From the NCBI RefSeq assembly GCF_046119375.1, contig NW_027362772.1, forward strand, positions 160,580,001 to 160,644,000: a stretch of DNA of 64,000 nucleotides, read 5' to 3'. Positions within the stretch are counted from its first letter, which is position 1; the number at the start of each line of letters is the position of its first letter. Below are positions 50,001 through 61,246 of this stretch, one piece after another. A program made the translations under genes and the position numbers. The notes under the pieces were generated by a model. That model searched no databases, was not told the origin of the DNA, and saw only the letters and a list, made by a program, of their open reading frames with translations. Origin of the DNA: Phyllobates terribilis. Its lineage: Eukaryota.

Positions 50001-52672
50001 TTGATAAAAACAGGATATATATATATAGGAAAGCCAGGTTGGCTAGGGTTAAATCCTAGCTCTACAGGCTCTGATTATTTGCACCTGGCTGGCTCTGTAT
50101 ATAGCCAGGCTAGCTGATGTTATCCGTAGTTTAGTCAGTCAGCTGGGGGGGAAGCTGACCAGACTGGATGTGTCTTGGAGCTGAAGAGAGGCCAGAATCT
50201 CGATGAGAAGAGTCTGCACAGGCCGTATGCACCAAACTAAAAGTATCAGTGATTTCTATGGACAATAGCTTGGCTGGGTATAGTTCAGCCATGTATGAGT
50301 AGCCAGGGTCTGTTCTGTGTAGCTAGCATCTGGAGAAGGCTAGGGATTTATGTTTATGAGTTTGTTGTATTGGTGCTGTGCAACCTGTGGAAAGCTATAA
50401 AAACTGAACATGTTTGGAACAAAACTGCATTGCCTGTATGAATGTTACCTAAGGCATAATGCCTAATACCTACCAGAGAGAGTGAACCCCTACAATATGT
50501 AAGTATATTAAAATAGAAACTTTTCCTACGCGTTTCAGACTAGAAAATAGTCCTTACTCATGGACTTAGTTTTAGTCTGAAACGGGCAGGAAAGCTTTTA
50601 TATAATTTGTTTTCTACTACTAGGAATGTCCTGTTTTAATCCGAATTTACAATAAACCGAGCTAAGGATTGCTGGAAACTTAATTCTGGGTGAGCTGGAT
50701 CATAGTTTATCTTACCGGCTATGTGATCACTTGTTTTTTTTTATGGACATTTACAATATGTTCATTGTGGTCTTTAATTTTTCATTTTCATCTTCTTCTC
50801 CCGCCAACCTTCCATATATTTGTTTAACTTTTTTTTTCATACCTAAAAGTTCCTAAATTCCAAGGACCTATCCCTCCTAGATGGATCATTGTATTGACTC
50901 TTGTGTTACATCACACATAAGTCTACATGTCTGTGCCATATGGTCTCTTAACATATCTGGAATAGCTTCTAGTTTTTTATAACCTAAAAAAAATCTAATT
51001 TAAAAGAATGCCTTGTAATGGTGCACATATGCAATATATGGGGCCTATTGGCTAGATGATAGCCCATGATCCATGTCAAGGATGGAGCACTGCTGTACAC
51101 ATCCACCAACTTTCAACTGAATCAATCACATTAGTCTTGGACACTACATCTGCTTTTGGATCAACAGTCATGATCAGTGCTGGTCACTCCAAGAATAGGG
51201 TGAGATTCTCAGACTACCCAAAAAAAAGTGTGGTAGCAACATTGGGCTAAAGAAGAAGAGATTGTTAACTTTTCGAAGGGAAGCAAAAGGAAGACCCCAG
51301 TTATTATTGATCCTGATACCCCATCACATTACATTTGATCTGTGGATCGGAGGGGCAGTTTAGGGTTATAGTTCATAGTGTTTTTACCTCCCATTCCTGA
51401 ATAAATGCTGGACACGGTACATGACTCCACCAGTAGTACTTGCTCCTCAGACTTTGGACACCTCCGTGGCTTTACCTTCATATCTGGATTGGCTTGAAGC
51501 ATCAGAGGATCCAGGCGCTTCCTCCTTTGTTTCTTCTCATGAATATTTCGCTTGGGAGAAAATATTTCTTATAATGATTCTGGTAATTTTATTATGGAAA
51601 AAATCCCTATTTGGTATTGAATGTTCAGTTCAGTCTATTTGTCTGCAATATTGAGGTGTTTTAATTTTTGTTTCCCAAATAAGAAACTTTATAATATATC
51701 CGATTATAGAATTCTGCTTCTTTCTCCTCCTGGACTGATTTTCAGTCTCAAAATTCTCAATTCACTGGTAAAATCTGTCTTCAGTGATTACTGATTTTCC
51801 TATTGCTGAGATAGGAGTTGACAGTTAATATATGTATTACAAAGTTGCTTATTTTCACATGTACTATTGATTAGTGAAATAAAAAGTAACATGACGATTC
51901 AAAGAAATAAAAATGATTCGGAAAAAGGTTTGAAATTGATATAAAAATAATAATAATAATAATAGTACTAGGCACAATGATCTCATCCAACTCAAAATCT
52001 TAGGTTTACCCACTCCCTACTGGCCTCTACTTCCTTTCACAGCATACTAGAAAGGCATGGAAATGCTCGGCCAATCACTGGCTGAGACAGTCACTGTTGT
52101 GGGAAGTGATTGGATGAGAGGGCATTCTCAGCCAATAGGAGTATGTAGAGATGGAATCAGGAAGTGGAGACCAGCAGGGAACAGGTGAACCTCAGAACGA
52201 AAGCTGCGGGCATCAGTAAAGGTTAGAACTACTTCTTTTATTTTTTTTATATCATGCTGATCAATCTGATCTGATCTCAAAAAATAATTTGTATTCTCCT
52301 TTAACTAAGGGTCTACAGTATTCACAAAGTATTACTTGTGTTTATAGCTATGTAAATTGTTTTGCATGATGTTTTCTAGTCACTTATAGGAACCATATCA
52401 AACAGGAACCAAGAATTGTCCAAACCAAGGGTGGACTGGATCACCAGAGAATCTTTTGGTTAACCCATAACAGAGTGGCTACAACAGTGCCGAAAAAAGC
52501 AGAGCAGATCACCGGTGGATGTATACTAGTTCTGTATAGTTGGATGGTGGGTCGGTTTTCTCTAAACACGCGTTGATAACACAACCCTACACCGCTCCAA
52601 ACATACATCCATGATTTTACCTGCTTCTCCAATTTTTGTTGACGCATGTCATGTCCATCATCTTGAAATTTA
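31903..52672 (-). CDS. TULP2: Tubby-like protein, most likely TULP2; 13 supported coding exons, start codon further 5'
   Basis: In-phase exons 52672-52621, 51550-51388, 49729-49640, 47862-47752, 46241-46143, 45853-45692, 41689-41568, 41294-41118, 36453-36341, 35560-35446, 34100-34002, 32772-32601 and 32036-31903. They encode the N-terminal RQQKLEKQ...KKQRRKR helix and a full tubby domain ending [10 protein letters not shown]. The TULP2 call rests on [23 protein letters not shown] and AFSICLSSF plus linkage to DHDH. Family is certain; paralog identity is inference. Confidence 0.85.
32601..32772 (-). CDS. TULP2: Tubby-like exon (172 nt)
   Basis: [57 protein letters not shown]+C|GTAAGT. Confidence 0.93.
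34002..34100 (-). CDS. TULP2: Tubby-like exon (99 nt)
   Basis: aaacag|[33 protein letters not shown]|GTGAGT. Confidence 0.93.
34594..35163 (+). mobile_element. Solo LTR (570 bp), sushi-like Gypsy
   Basis: TGTCAC...GTGACA, TSD CCTGG/CCAGG, TATAAATA at 34740. Confidence 0.8.
35446..35560 (-). CDS. TULP2: Tubby-like exon (115 nt)
   Basis: gccag|(R)[38 protein letters not shown]|GTAAGT. Confidence 0.92.
35890..36280. repeat. Interspersed repeat, also at 63735-64000, with an internal ~115-bp hairpin (about 36127-36240)
   Basis: Shared GTCTCTTCAGAGAG...GCCACCTA...GCAGACA...CAGTGCAA...AAGGGGTAA string at both sites. Confidence 0.7.
36341..36453 (-). CDS. TULP2: Tubby-like exon (113 nt)
   Basis: ttttaaag|[37 protein letters not shown]+AG|GTGACT. 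Confidence 0.93.
37060..37638 (+). mobile_element. L2-type LINE 3' end
   Basis: ...[34 protein letters not shown] then a 3' UTR ending GGAATAAATGGCGCTACAATAATAAATAATAAT. Confidence 0.82.
37793..38132. mobile_element. TTAA-flanked MITE, same family as 53238-53551
   Basis: AAGAGGACCTGTCAC / GTGACAGTAATTCTT ends; shared internal sequence. Confidence 0.65.
38874..41012. mobile_element. Palindromic T2-like MITE (~510 bp empty) hosting a Tc1
   Basis: AAGGGAATCTGTCAGTAGGA / TCCTACTGACAGATTTCCATT; the two halves are reverse complements along most of their length. Confidence 0.8.
39044..40673 (+). mobile_element. Tc1-family transposon, 1630 bp, transposase interrupted by TAA at 40052-40054
   Basis: Long TIRs CAGTACAGACCAAAAGTTTGGACACACCTTCTC, TA TSD; ORF from 39458 with GRPR, WSDESKF, DNDLKH and SPDLNPIE (DD34E). 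Confidence 0.96.
41118..41294 (-). CDS. TULP2: Tubby-like exon (177 nt, start of tubby domain)
   Basis: ttcttag|[59 protein letters not shown]|GTAAGT. Confidence 0.92.
41568..41689 (-). CDS. TULP2: Tubby-like linker exon (122 nt)
   Basis: cctcag|(A)[40 protein letters not shown]|GTAAGT; phase 1 to 0 closes the frame. Confidence 0.8.
42239..45129. mobile_element. hAT-type MITE (AGGGATGAGC ends) hosting the second Tc1
   Basis: (C)AGGGATGAGC / GCTCATCCCTA; perfect 8-bp TSD ACAGTGAT. Confidence 0.85.
43412..45037 (+). mobile_element. Tc1-family transposon, 1626 bp, same family; premature TGA at 44690-44692 and a 4-nt deletion near the C-terminus
   Basis: Same TIRs and TA TSD; 288-aa ORF 43826-44692 with WSDESKF, QDNDPKH and SPDLNPIE. 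Confidence 0.96.
45692..45853 (-). CDS. TULP2: Tubby-like linker exon (162 nt)
   Basis: gtatag|(G)[16 protein letters not shown]...[29 protein letters not shown]+G|GTATAT; acceptor choice is less certain. Confidence 0.7.
46143..46241 (-). CDS. TULP2: Tubby-like linker exon (99 nt)
   Basis: atatccag|(G)[32 protein letters not shown]+G|GTAGCA; phase 1-1. Confidence 0.65.
47752..47862 (-). CDS. TULP2: Tubby-like linker exon (111 nt)
   Basis: ttcttatag|(E)[36 protein letters not shown]+G|GTACGT; phase 1-1. Confidence 0.72.
48231..49168. mobile_element. T2-like MITE with an internal ~165-bp hairpin (about 48582-48745)
   Basis: AGGCTAAGTGCCCAC / GTGGGCACTAAGTTT ends; GGACCTTCCAT..TCATTTAGTCATGTGACAGGTCAC is mirrored. 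Confidence 0.65.
49640..49729 (-). CDS. TULP2: Tubby-like linker exon (90 nt)
   Basis: gctctcag|(E)[29 protein letters not shown]+G|GTATAC; phase 1-1. Confidence 0.55.
50024..50494. mobile_element. Probable solo LTR inserted in an (AT)n tract
   Basis: T(A)TAGG...CCTACA ends, flanks ATATA/ATATG. Confidence 0.55.
51388..51550 (-). CDS. TULP2: Tubby-like N-terminal exon (163 nt)
   Basis: [44 protein letters not shown]..., matching the TUB-family KQxxKRQEPLMVQAN...SEEQAPLVES segment. Confidence 0.88.
52621..52672 (-). CDS. TULP2: Tubby-like N-terminal exon (52 nt)
   Basis: aatgcag|T+[17 protein letters not shown]|GTAAAA, matching TUB-family LDDEGxNLRQQKLDRQ. Confidence 0.88.
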
Positions 52673-53237
52673 CTGCATTGAGGGAAAAAAATATTGTTCA
52701 GAAAATATATTATTTGGCCAAACCACCTGCTGCACTTTTTAAGGCTTTGTTCACACCTGCATCCAAGCCATTTACAGTAAAAGAAAAAGTTCAGCTTTCT
52801 ACACTATTTTTAATTTTTTGTTTCATTAACATGATGGACAACCTAATGGAAACCCAAGGACCCTACTATAGTCAATGGGCTCCATCGGTGCTGTTTTTGT
52901 TCAGCATATGTTGGATCCATTTACTGTTTGAGTATTTGATATTCATATAGGTTCAATATTGAGATTTTTATAGGGGAGAAAATATCTACAAAAATTGTTG
53001 GGGTATTTAAAGGAAATAAAAAATAATGTACTGTGTGAACATGGGTTTGTGGGATTTTACATTTAGAATCTATCCATAATTGTCGGGGGTCCTATCCAAG
53101 TCACCTGAATGTAGAGTATTCAGTACACTAGACCCCACGGATCTCAACTAATAAAATCATCCTTCCAATAGGCCATCAATGTGTGTTTGGAGTGGGTCTG
53201 AATCCCAGGAAATCGATTGACCAAAACAGGCCACTTT

Positions 53238-53551
53238 AAGGAGGACCTGTCATCAGGTCAAAAGTGGTCAGTTTGTGCTCTAATTTTATCTTTTTATTTA
53301 GTGCAACTTTTTATAGTCTTTATAAGGGGGCGTGACTCACAGGATAATTATGCTGAGCAGCCTAAAGACACGCCCATGAGGATCCTGAGAGCACCGCCCC
53401 ATAAAAATTGGTGCTAAGCAAAAAATGCCTATTTCTCTGGAACTTTATAGCGTATTTAAAAAAAAAAAAAAAACAGGCATACTCAGGGGAACAGTGAGAA
53501 TAAAATAAGAGCAAAAATTGGACACTTTTAACCTGGTGATAGGTCTTCCTT
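53238..53551. mobile_element. TTAA-flanked MITE
   Basis: TTAAGGAGGACCTGTCATCAGG / CCTGGTGATAGGTCTTCCTTAA. Confidence 0.75.
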
Positions 53552-53567
53552 AATGTTTGTCTTGGCA

Positions 53568-55406
53568 CCTGGTCTCTCACATACATATGACTGCACCAAT
53601 TATTTCAGCTTTCCCCCATTCATTTGGTGACCAGCAAGAGGGGGAAAGGAGGGAAGGAAGGATTGAGGTAGGGAGAGAGAGAGAGAGAGGAGAGAGAAGG
53701 GGGGAAGGGAGGGACAGAAGGAAGGGGGGAAGAAAGGAAAGAATGAAGGAGGGAGGGAGGGAAGGAAGGAAGGAAAGAAGGAGGGAGAGAGAGGGAGAGA
53801 AGGGGGAAGGGAGGGACGGAAGGAATGAGNNNNNNNNNNNNNNNNNNNNNNNNNNNNNNNNNNNNNNNNNNNNNNNNNNNNNNNNNNNNNNNNNNNNNNN
53901 NNNNNNNNNNNNNNNNNNNNNNNNNNNNNNNNNNNNNNNNNNNNNNNNNNNNNNNNNNNNNNNNNNNNNNNNNNNNNNNNNNNNNNNNNNNNNNNNNNNN
54001 NNNNNNNNNNNNNNNNNNNNNNNNNNNNNNNNNNNNNNNNNNNNNNNNNNNNNNNNNNNNNNNNNNNNNNNNNNNNNNNNNNNNNNNNNNNNNNNNNNNN
54101 NNNNNNNNNNNNNNNNNNNNNNNNNGGGGGATGGGAGGGATGGAAGGAGGGAAGGAAGGAAAGAATGAAGGAGAGAGGGAACGAAGGAAAGAAGTAAGGA
54201 GGGAGGGAGAGAAGNNNNNNNNNNNNNNNNNNNNNNNNNNNNNNNNNNNNNNNNNNNNNNNNNNNNNNNNNNNNNNNNNNNNNNNNNNNNNNNNNNNNNN
54301 NNNNNNNNNNNNNNNNNNNNNNNNNNNNNNNNNNNNNNNNNNNNNNNNNNNAAGGAAATCATGCAGAATAGCTTTTCCTTCTCCATTGTTACTGTTTTTG
54401 TGTCACTTATCCTGGTCTCTCATACATATGACTGCACCAATTATTTCAGCTTTCCCCCATTCATTTGGTGACCAGCAAGAGGGGGAAAGGAGGGAAGGAA
54501 GGATTGAGGTAGGGAGAGAGAGAGAGGAGAGAGAAGGGGGGAAGGAAGGGATGGAAGGAAGGGGGGAAGAAAGGAAAGAATGAAGGAGGGAGGGAAGGAA
54601 GGAAAGAAAGAAGGAGGGAGAGAGAGGGAGAGAAGGGGGAAGGGAGGGACGGAAGGAATGANNNNNNNNNNNNNNNNNNNNNNNNNNNNNNNNNNNNNNN
54701 NNNNNNNNNNNNNNNNNNNNNNNNNNNNNNNNNNNNNNNNNNNNNNNNNNNNNNNNNNNNNNNNNNNNNNNNNNNNNNNNNNNNNNNNNNNNNNNNNNNN
54801 NNNNNNNNNNNNNNNNNNNNNNNNNNNNNNNNNNNNNNNNNNNNNNNNNNNNNNNNNNNNNNNNNNNNNNNNNNNNNNNNNNNNNNNNNNNNNNNNNNNN
54901 NNNNNNNNNNNNNNNNNNNNNNNNNNNNNNNNNNNNNNNNNNNNNNNNNNNNNNNNNNNNNGATGGGAGGGATGGAAGGAGGGAAGGATGGAAAGAATGA
55001 AGGAGGGAGGGAAGGAAAGAAGTAAGGAGGGAGGGAGAGAAGGGGAAAGGAAGGGATGGAAGGAAGGAGGGAAGGAAGGAAAGAATGAAGGAGGAAGGGA
55101 AGGAGGGAAGGAAGGAAGGAAAGAAGGAAGGAGAGAGAGAGGGAGAGAAGGATGGAAAGAAGGAAGGGAGGAATGAAGGAGGGAAGGAAGGAAGGAAGGA
55201 GGGAGAGAGAGAGAGGGAAAGAATGAGGGAAAGAAGGCATTAAGGAAAGAAGGAAGGGAAAGATGTAAGGAAAGAAAGAGAAAAAAGGAAGAAGGGAGAG
55301 AGAGAAGGAGGGAAGGAAGGAAAGAAAGAATGAAGGAGGGATGGAAGGAAATCATGCAGAATAGCTTTTCCTTCTCCATTGTTACTGTTTTTGTGTCACT
55401 TATCCT
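53568..55406. repeat. Tandemly duplicated unit containing a long polypurine (GGAA/GGAG/GA) tract, with three N gaps
   Basis: Unique flanks repeat at 53568/54411 and 54352/55346; gaps at 53830-54125, 54215-54351 and 54662-54961. Confidence 0.85.
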
Positions 55407-55556
55407 TCATCCACAGCCGCAATGTACATAATGTAGTGCGCTGAGCAAAAAATCATATTAATACTTATATAAATTGATAGAATTAGCCCTATATAAGAGT
55501 TGTAAAGTAGATGTACAGATAGTATCTGAGGAATTACACAGTTATATTTTATTTAC

Positions 55557-55592
55557 CTGATTGGTAGGTCAACAGCTGAACTATTTTCTGGC
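55557..55592 (-). CDS. Candidate 36-nt upstream tubby-like micro-exon
   Basis: ttttgatacag|G-PENSSAVDLPI-AG|GTAAAT; phase 2-2 fits the 52-nt exon; no homology support. Confidence 0.4.
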
Positions 55593-56185
55593 CTGTATCA
55601 AAAAAACATATATATTATATTAATAGTGATAATCAAAGGGGGTTGTCTTAAATACCCTATTAGGAAACTCTTTAAGTCAAAAGAAGAGAGTCCTACGATT
55701 TAGATTTTCATCAATTAGCCAAAGCAGAGAACAGCTACAAAGAGCATCGCTCTGTGCACGACATGGACAGACCATCCATTTCATAGGACGGTATGCAATG
55801 GATTATTTCCCTTGTGGTGGTGCTGCAGATTAAATGAACATTTGCAGCTCTGTTTTCATGAAAATTTTAGGTGATTCTGGGGTAATGAAACTCCATATCA
55901 AAAAAAGGGAAACGGTTGCAGAAAACCGTTGTACACAAAAGAGATCCCAACTGTGGGATCCCAAGTTGCGTGACTATGGAAGTTGCTAGTAAATGTGTTT
56001 TTTATCCCCAACTTTAGGACTCATGCACATATATCACATCTGTGCTGTGTGGACATAAATGCAGCGTTCTCTCGTTCATGTGTATTGGAGAGACCCTGCA
56101 GTACCTCTCATGGCCACTATACTATGCATGGAGCTGTGCCATTACTGATGCGCTTCAGCACCTTTGATGTGTGGTCCACTGGGGA

Positions 56186-59129
56186 CAGTGGCGTACCACC
56201 AATGGCAGCGGGCCACGTGACAGGCTATGGGCCCGTAAGCTGGGGGGACCGGTGTCAGCGCCTGCACTCGACCCCCCCTCTGCCCGTTAGCGTCCACAAT
56301 GATGATAGTGGAAGGAGCATCAGCAGACGCTTCCACCCCTATCATTTTTCCTTGGCGTGTCAGAGCAGCGGGCGTGATAACAGCGTGTCATTACAGCGCA
56401 CCCGCTACTCTGGGATGTGTGCCACTTCACACCACACGCTCAGGAGACCGGAGCATTGGGTGGACCGAGGAGAGGTGAGTATTGTCTTTTTTTTAATCAG
56501 TGACCATGACCAGTGGTGGCCATAATAGAGTATGGAGGATCATGGGGAGTGCATTATATTCTATGGAGGATCATGGGGGTGCATTATATTGTATGGAGGA
56601 CCATAGGAGGCGCATTACATTGTATGGAGGATCATGGGGGGTGCATTATATTGTATGGAGGATCATGGAGAGAGCATTATATTGTATGGAGGACTATGGG
56701 GAGAAAATTATATTGTATGAAGGGCCATGGGGAGAGCATTATGTTCTATGGAGAACCATGGCGGGTGCATTATTTTGTATGGAGCACCATGGGGTGTGCA
56801 TTATATTGTATGAAGGACAATGGGGAGTGCATTATATTGTATGGAGGACCATGGGGAGTGCATTATTTTGTATGGAGTACCATGGGGAGAGCATTTTATT
56901 CTATGGAGGACCATGAGGAGAGCATTATATTCTATAGAGCATCATGGGGAGTGCATTATATTCTAGGGAGGACCATGGGGAGTGCATTATATTCTATGGA
57001 GGACCATGGGGAGGGCATTATATTGCATGGAGGACCATGGGGAGTGCATTATATTCTATGCAGGACCATGGGGAGTGCATTATATTCTAGGGAGGACCAT
57101 GGGGAGTGCATTATATTCTATGGAAGACCATGGGGAGGGCATTATATTGTATGGAGGACCATGGGAAGTGCATTATCTTATATGGAGGACCATGGGGGTG
57201 CATTATTGTGTATGGAGTACCATGGGGAGTGCATTATTTTGTATGGAGTACCATGGGGAGAACATTATATTCTATGGAGGACCATGGGGAGTGCATTATA
57301 TTCTAGGGAGGACCATGGGGAGTGCATTATATTCTATGGAGGACCATGGGGAGGGCATTATATTGTATGGAGGACCACGGGGAGTGCATTATATTCTATG
57401 GAGGACCATGGGGAGTGCATTATATTCTATGGAGGACCATGGGGAGTGCATTATATTCTATGGAAGATCATGGAGAGTGCATTATATTCTATGGAGGACC
57501 GTGCAGATTTATTATATTCTATGGAGGACCATGGGGACTGCATTATAATGTATGGAGGACCATCGGAACTGCATTATATTTTATGGAGGACCATGGGGAG
57601 AGCGCTATTTTCTATGGAGGAACATTGGGGTGCATTATATTGTATGGACAACCATTGCAAGTGCATTATATTCTATGGTGGACAATGAGGAGTGCATTAT
57701 ATTGTATGGAGGACCATGGGGAGTGCATTATATTGTATGGAGGACCATGGGGTACATTATGTTGTATGAAGGACAATGGGGAGTGCATTATATTGTATGG
57801 AGGACGATGGGGAGAGCATTATCTTCTAAGGAGGACCATGGGGGTACATTATTGTGTATGGAGTACCATGGGAAGTGCATTATTTTGTATGGAGTACCAT
57901 GGGGAGAGCATTATATTCTATGGAGGACCATGGGGAGTGCATTATATTCTATGGAGGACCATGGGGAGTGCATTATATTCTATGGAGGACCATGGGGAGG
58001 GCATTATATTGTATGGAGGACCATGGGGAGTGCATTATATTCTATGGAGGACCATGGGGAGTGCATTATATTCTATGGAGGACCATGGGGAGTGCATTAT
58101 ATTCTATAGAGGACCATGGGGAGTGCATTATATTCTATGGAAGATTATGGAGAGTGCATTATATTTTATGGAGGACCATGGGGAGAGCACTATTTTCTAT
58201 GGAGGAACATTGGGGAGCATTATATTGTATGGACAACTATTGCAAGTGCATTATATTCTATGGAGGACCATGAGGAGTGCATTATATTGCATGGAGGACC
58301 ATGGGGAGTGCATTATATTGTATGGAGGACCATGGGGTGCATTATATTGTATGGAGGACCATGGGGAGTGTATTATATTGCTTGGAGGATCATGGGGAGT
58401 GCAATATATTGTATGGAGGACCATGGGGAGTGCATTATACTATAGGGAGGATTATGGGGGTACATTATATTATATGAAAGTCTGTGTGGGGGACCATTAT
58501 ACTGTATGCAAGCAATTATACGGTTTGAAGGTTTGTGTGGGGTCCATAATATTGTATGAAGGGGTGTGTGGAGTCCATCATACTGTATGGAGGGTTGTGT
58601 GGGGCCCATTATACAGTTTGGAGGGCTAATGGGGGCCATTATACAGCTTAGAGGGCTAGTGGGGGCCATTATACAGTTTGGAGGGCTAGTGCAGGCCATT
58701 ATACTGTTTGGGGGGCTAGTGGGGGCCATTATACAGTGTGGGGCCATTATACTGTATGTAGGCCCATTATACTGCATGGAGGGCTGTGTGTGAGTCACAG
58801 TTGGGGGATCACACTGTGTTGGGATCTCCATACTTTGCCTTGGGAGTTGAGGTGGGGTACAGTAGGGTCATTATACTGTGCATGTGGAGGAATTCACCAT
58901 GGGGGTATCATACTGTGTTTGGGGGGCACTTTTGTTCGCATAATACTTTATGGGGGCAATGAAAGAAGAATCTAGGACTTCAGCAGGAGGAAAATTACTA
59001 TGTGAAGGCTGAAAAGTTGTGAGATCTGCTCTTCTGTGATCCCGATAATTATTATTATTAATTTGTTGGGGGGAAGGGCCCAATTAGAACTTTTGCTGTG
59101 GGGCCCCATGATTTCTATGTACGCCCCTG
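56186..59129. mobile_element. hAT-type MITE inflated to 2.9 kb by a 31-bp minisatellite (about 56520-58790; CATGGGGAGTGCATTATATTCTATGGAGGAC)
   Basis: TIR CAGTGGCGTAC / GTACGCCCCTG; degenerate 8-bp TSD ACTGGGGA/GCTGAGGA. Confidence 0.8.
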
Positions 59130-59141
59130 GCTGAGGATCAG

Positions 59142-59960
59142 CAAAACCCTTCACAATGCGGCCAATTTCATTTTTTGCATTTTCGTTTTTCCCTCTTCTT
59201 CTTCCCAGAGCCATAACTCTTATTTTTTTGTCCACATAGACAAATGAGTGCTTGTTTTTTGCAGGACAAGTTGTACTTTTGAATGATACCATTAATTTTA
59301 CCACATAATGTACTGAAAAATGGGAAGAAAATTCCAAGTGGGGAGAAATTGTGAAAAAAAACCTCAATTCTGACATTGTTTTTTTGAGAATTGTTTTTAC
59401 GTGTACATTTTGTGGTAAAAATAACCTTGCAATATGATTCTGCTCATCAGTACGATTACGGCGATACCAAACATATCTCGTTTTTTTATTATGTTAGTGG
59501 TGAAAAAAATAGAAGTTTGCATAAAAAATTTTTGGGGGTTGTGTCGCCCTTTTCCGAGACCCGTAATGTTTTTATTTTTCAGTCTATAGATCCATGTGAG
59601 GGCTTATTTTTTGCAGGACGAGGCAACATTTTTATTGATACCGTTCTGGGATAGATATGACATTTTGATCGCTTGTTACAGCATTTTTTGTGAAATTACA
59701 GCTACCAAAAAAACATTTTTGGCGGTCTTGATTTTTTTTTTATTTACGGGTTAATTTGCTTTTAATATTTTGATAGATTTTTTGAACGCGAATATTCTAC
59801 ATATGTGTATTTTCTTTTTATTCTTTACTATTAATGGGTCAAAAAGGTGGTGATTTGAGCTTTTATATAGACTTTTTTTTTTATATTTTTTAAAACAATT
59901 TTTTAAACTTTTCATTGTTCTTGTTAGTCCCGTTAGGGGACTTGAAGCTGTGATCATCTG
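59142..59960. mobile_element. AT-rich non-autonomous DNA transposon remnant (AACCCTTCAC start)
   Basis: Terminal motif and T-run-rich body; right end not resolved. Confidence 0.35.
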
Positions 59961-61246
59961 ATGGCTTGTGCTATATACAGTAATGCCACGGTCCATGTTG
60001 TAGGGGATAAAGTTTTGTGGAAAAAAAATGAAATTACTTTTTAAATATATATATACTGTATATTTATTAGATTTAACTGAATATATAAAAATGTAGGTAT
60101 TTAAGACTCACATCGATGAATCATTAATGTCAGTACAGCAAAAAGTAATCTATATTTTCCCTATAATTTGCATATCCTTAGCAATATCTACAATAACAGT
60201 TTGGTCTTTTATTTGCTGTGTTAATAATTTTCTGTTTACATCGGTAATGAGTTATACTAAGGCAGTAATTTCCTCCGGGAGAAGATAATTAATTTTCAGC
60301 AGATGATTCGTCATCTCATTGGTCGCCGCTGATATTGTCATTAATTTCACCTGAATACAGTTATGTTAATATTGATTGCTGTAGCACCTGCCCGGACGCA
60401 CGGGATTAAGATGGGCACCAAAGCTGCTTATGTATTAGCCAAGGGCGGCTCAGCCCCGATGGACTTAGTCTGTAACTTCTTGTAAATCATTCATCGTATC
60501 GCTGGAATACAAAGCAAATCTGCTCCCCAGCACCAGATATTATACTAAAGTAGCCCATTTGAGACATTGGTAAATTTGCAACAATTACGAAAAAATAAAC
60601 TTAGAATTATATATTATATGTGCTATCCCATGTGGTAACAGGGCTTTTTTGTGCTTGAGTTATATTAAGTTGCTAGTTCACATGACCACTTCATGCTCCT
60701 TTACAAGCAGCTTTCATCTGCTGCTCAGCAAAAATTTGTGCACGGTATTTCGTTTGTGTATGGGAATTCCCCAGTTTGGGAGCAAGGAGACTAGGACGGG
60801 TAATGTCCTGTACTCACTCGAACTGCTTGAATGCAGTGTACTGATCTTTGCTGAGCAGCAGATGAAAGCAGCTTGTAAAGGAGCATGAAATAAGAGTTGA
60901 AACAACATTTCAGCACAGAGTTTGGGAGAAAAAGAAGACTGATAGGCTAATGTAGTATAGTACAAACAAAATCATAACTTTGAAATGCCTGAAGGATAAT
61001 TAAATATAAAAAAAAAGTTTAAATGCTCTCTAAAAGAAAATCTATTGACAAGGTCAACATAGACATATCAGAAAATAGCATTGGTGGTGGTTCATTAGTC
61101 TGAACCCCCATGATTCTTCAAAATAAAATCAACCCCTTTGGTCATAGTCACATAGTTATGTTACCAGAAATCTCAGAAACCCTACTTTGAACTACCCCCA
61201 GCACTCCGCACTCAGGGCACAAACCCTACCAGCAGTTAGCTACACC

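Noticed and set aside
51095-51175. Extra tubby-like exon candidate ([23 protein letters not shown])
   Set aside because: Weak acceptor and donor, and not needed to keep phase; cannot be supported without RNA data.
53557-55379. Glu/Gly/Arg-rich and Pro/Ser/Leu/Phe-rich ORFs
   Set aside because: Polypurine microsatellite read through N gaps.
56500-58831. Long ORFs up to 435 aa (MEDHGECIIFYGGPWGVHYILWRTMGSALYS repeats), and similar ones at 46-379, 8003-9614 and 10824-11365
   Set aside because: They are translations of a 30-31-bp minisatellite whose unit lacks stops on one strand, so all three frames are open at once; they lie inside MITE shells.
60380-60570. Further PIWI/AGO-like snippets (FIVS...PSTRY; HGIKMGT...YVL)
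   Set aside because: They sit in different frames with poor splice sites. They show how easily such short resemblances arise by eye, so they were not counted as support.
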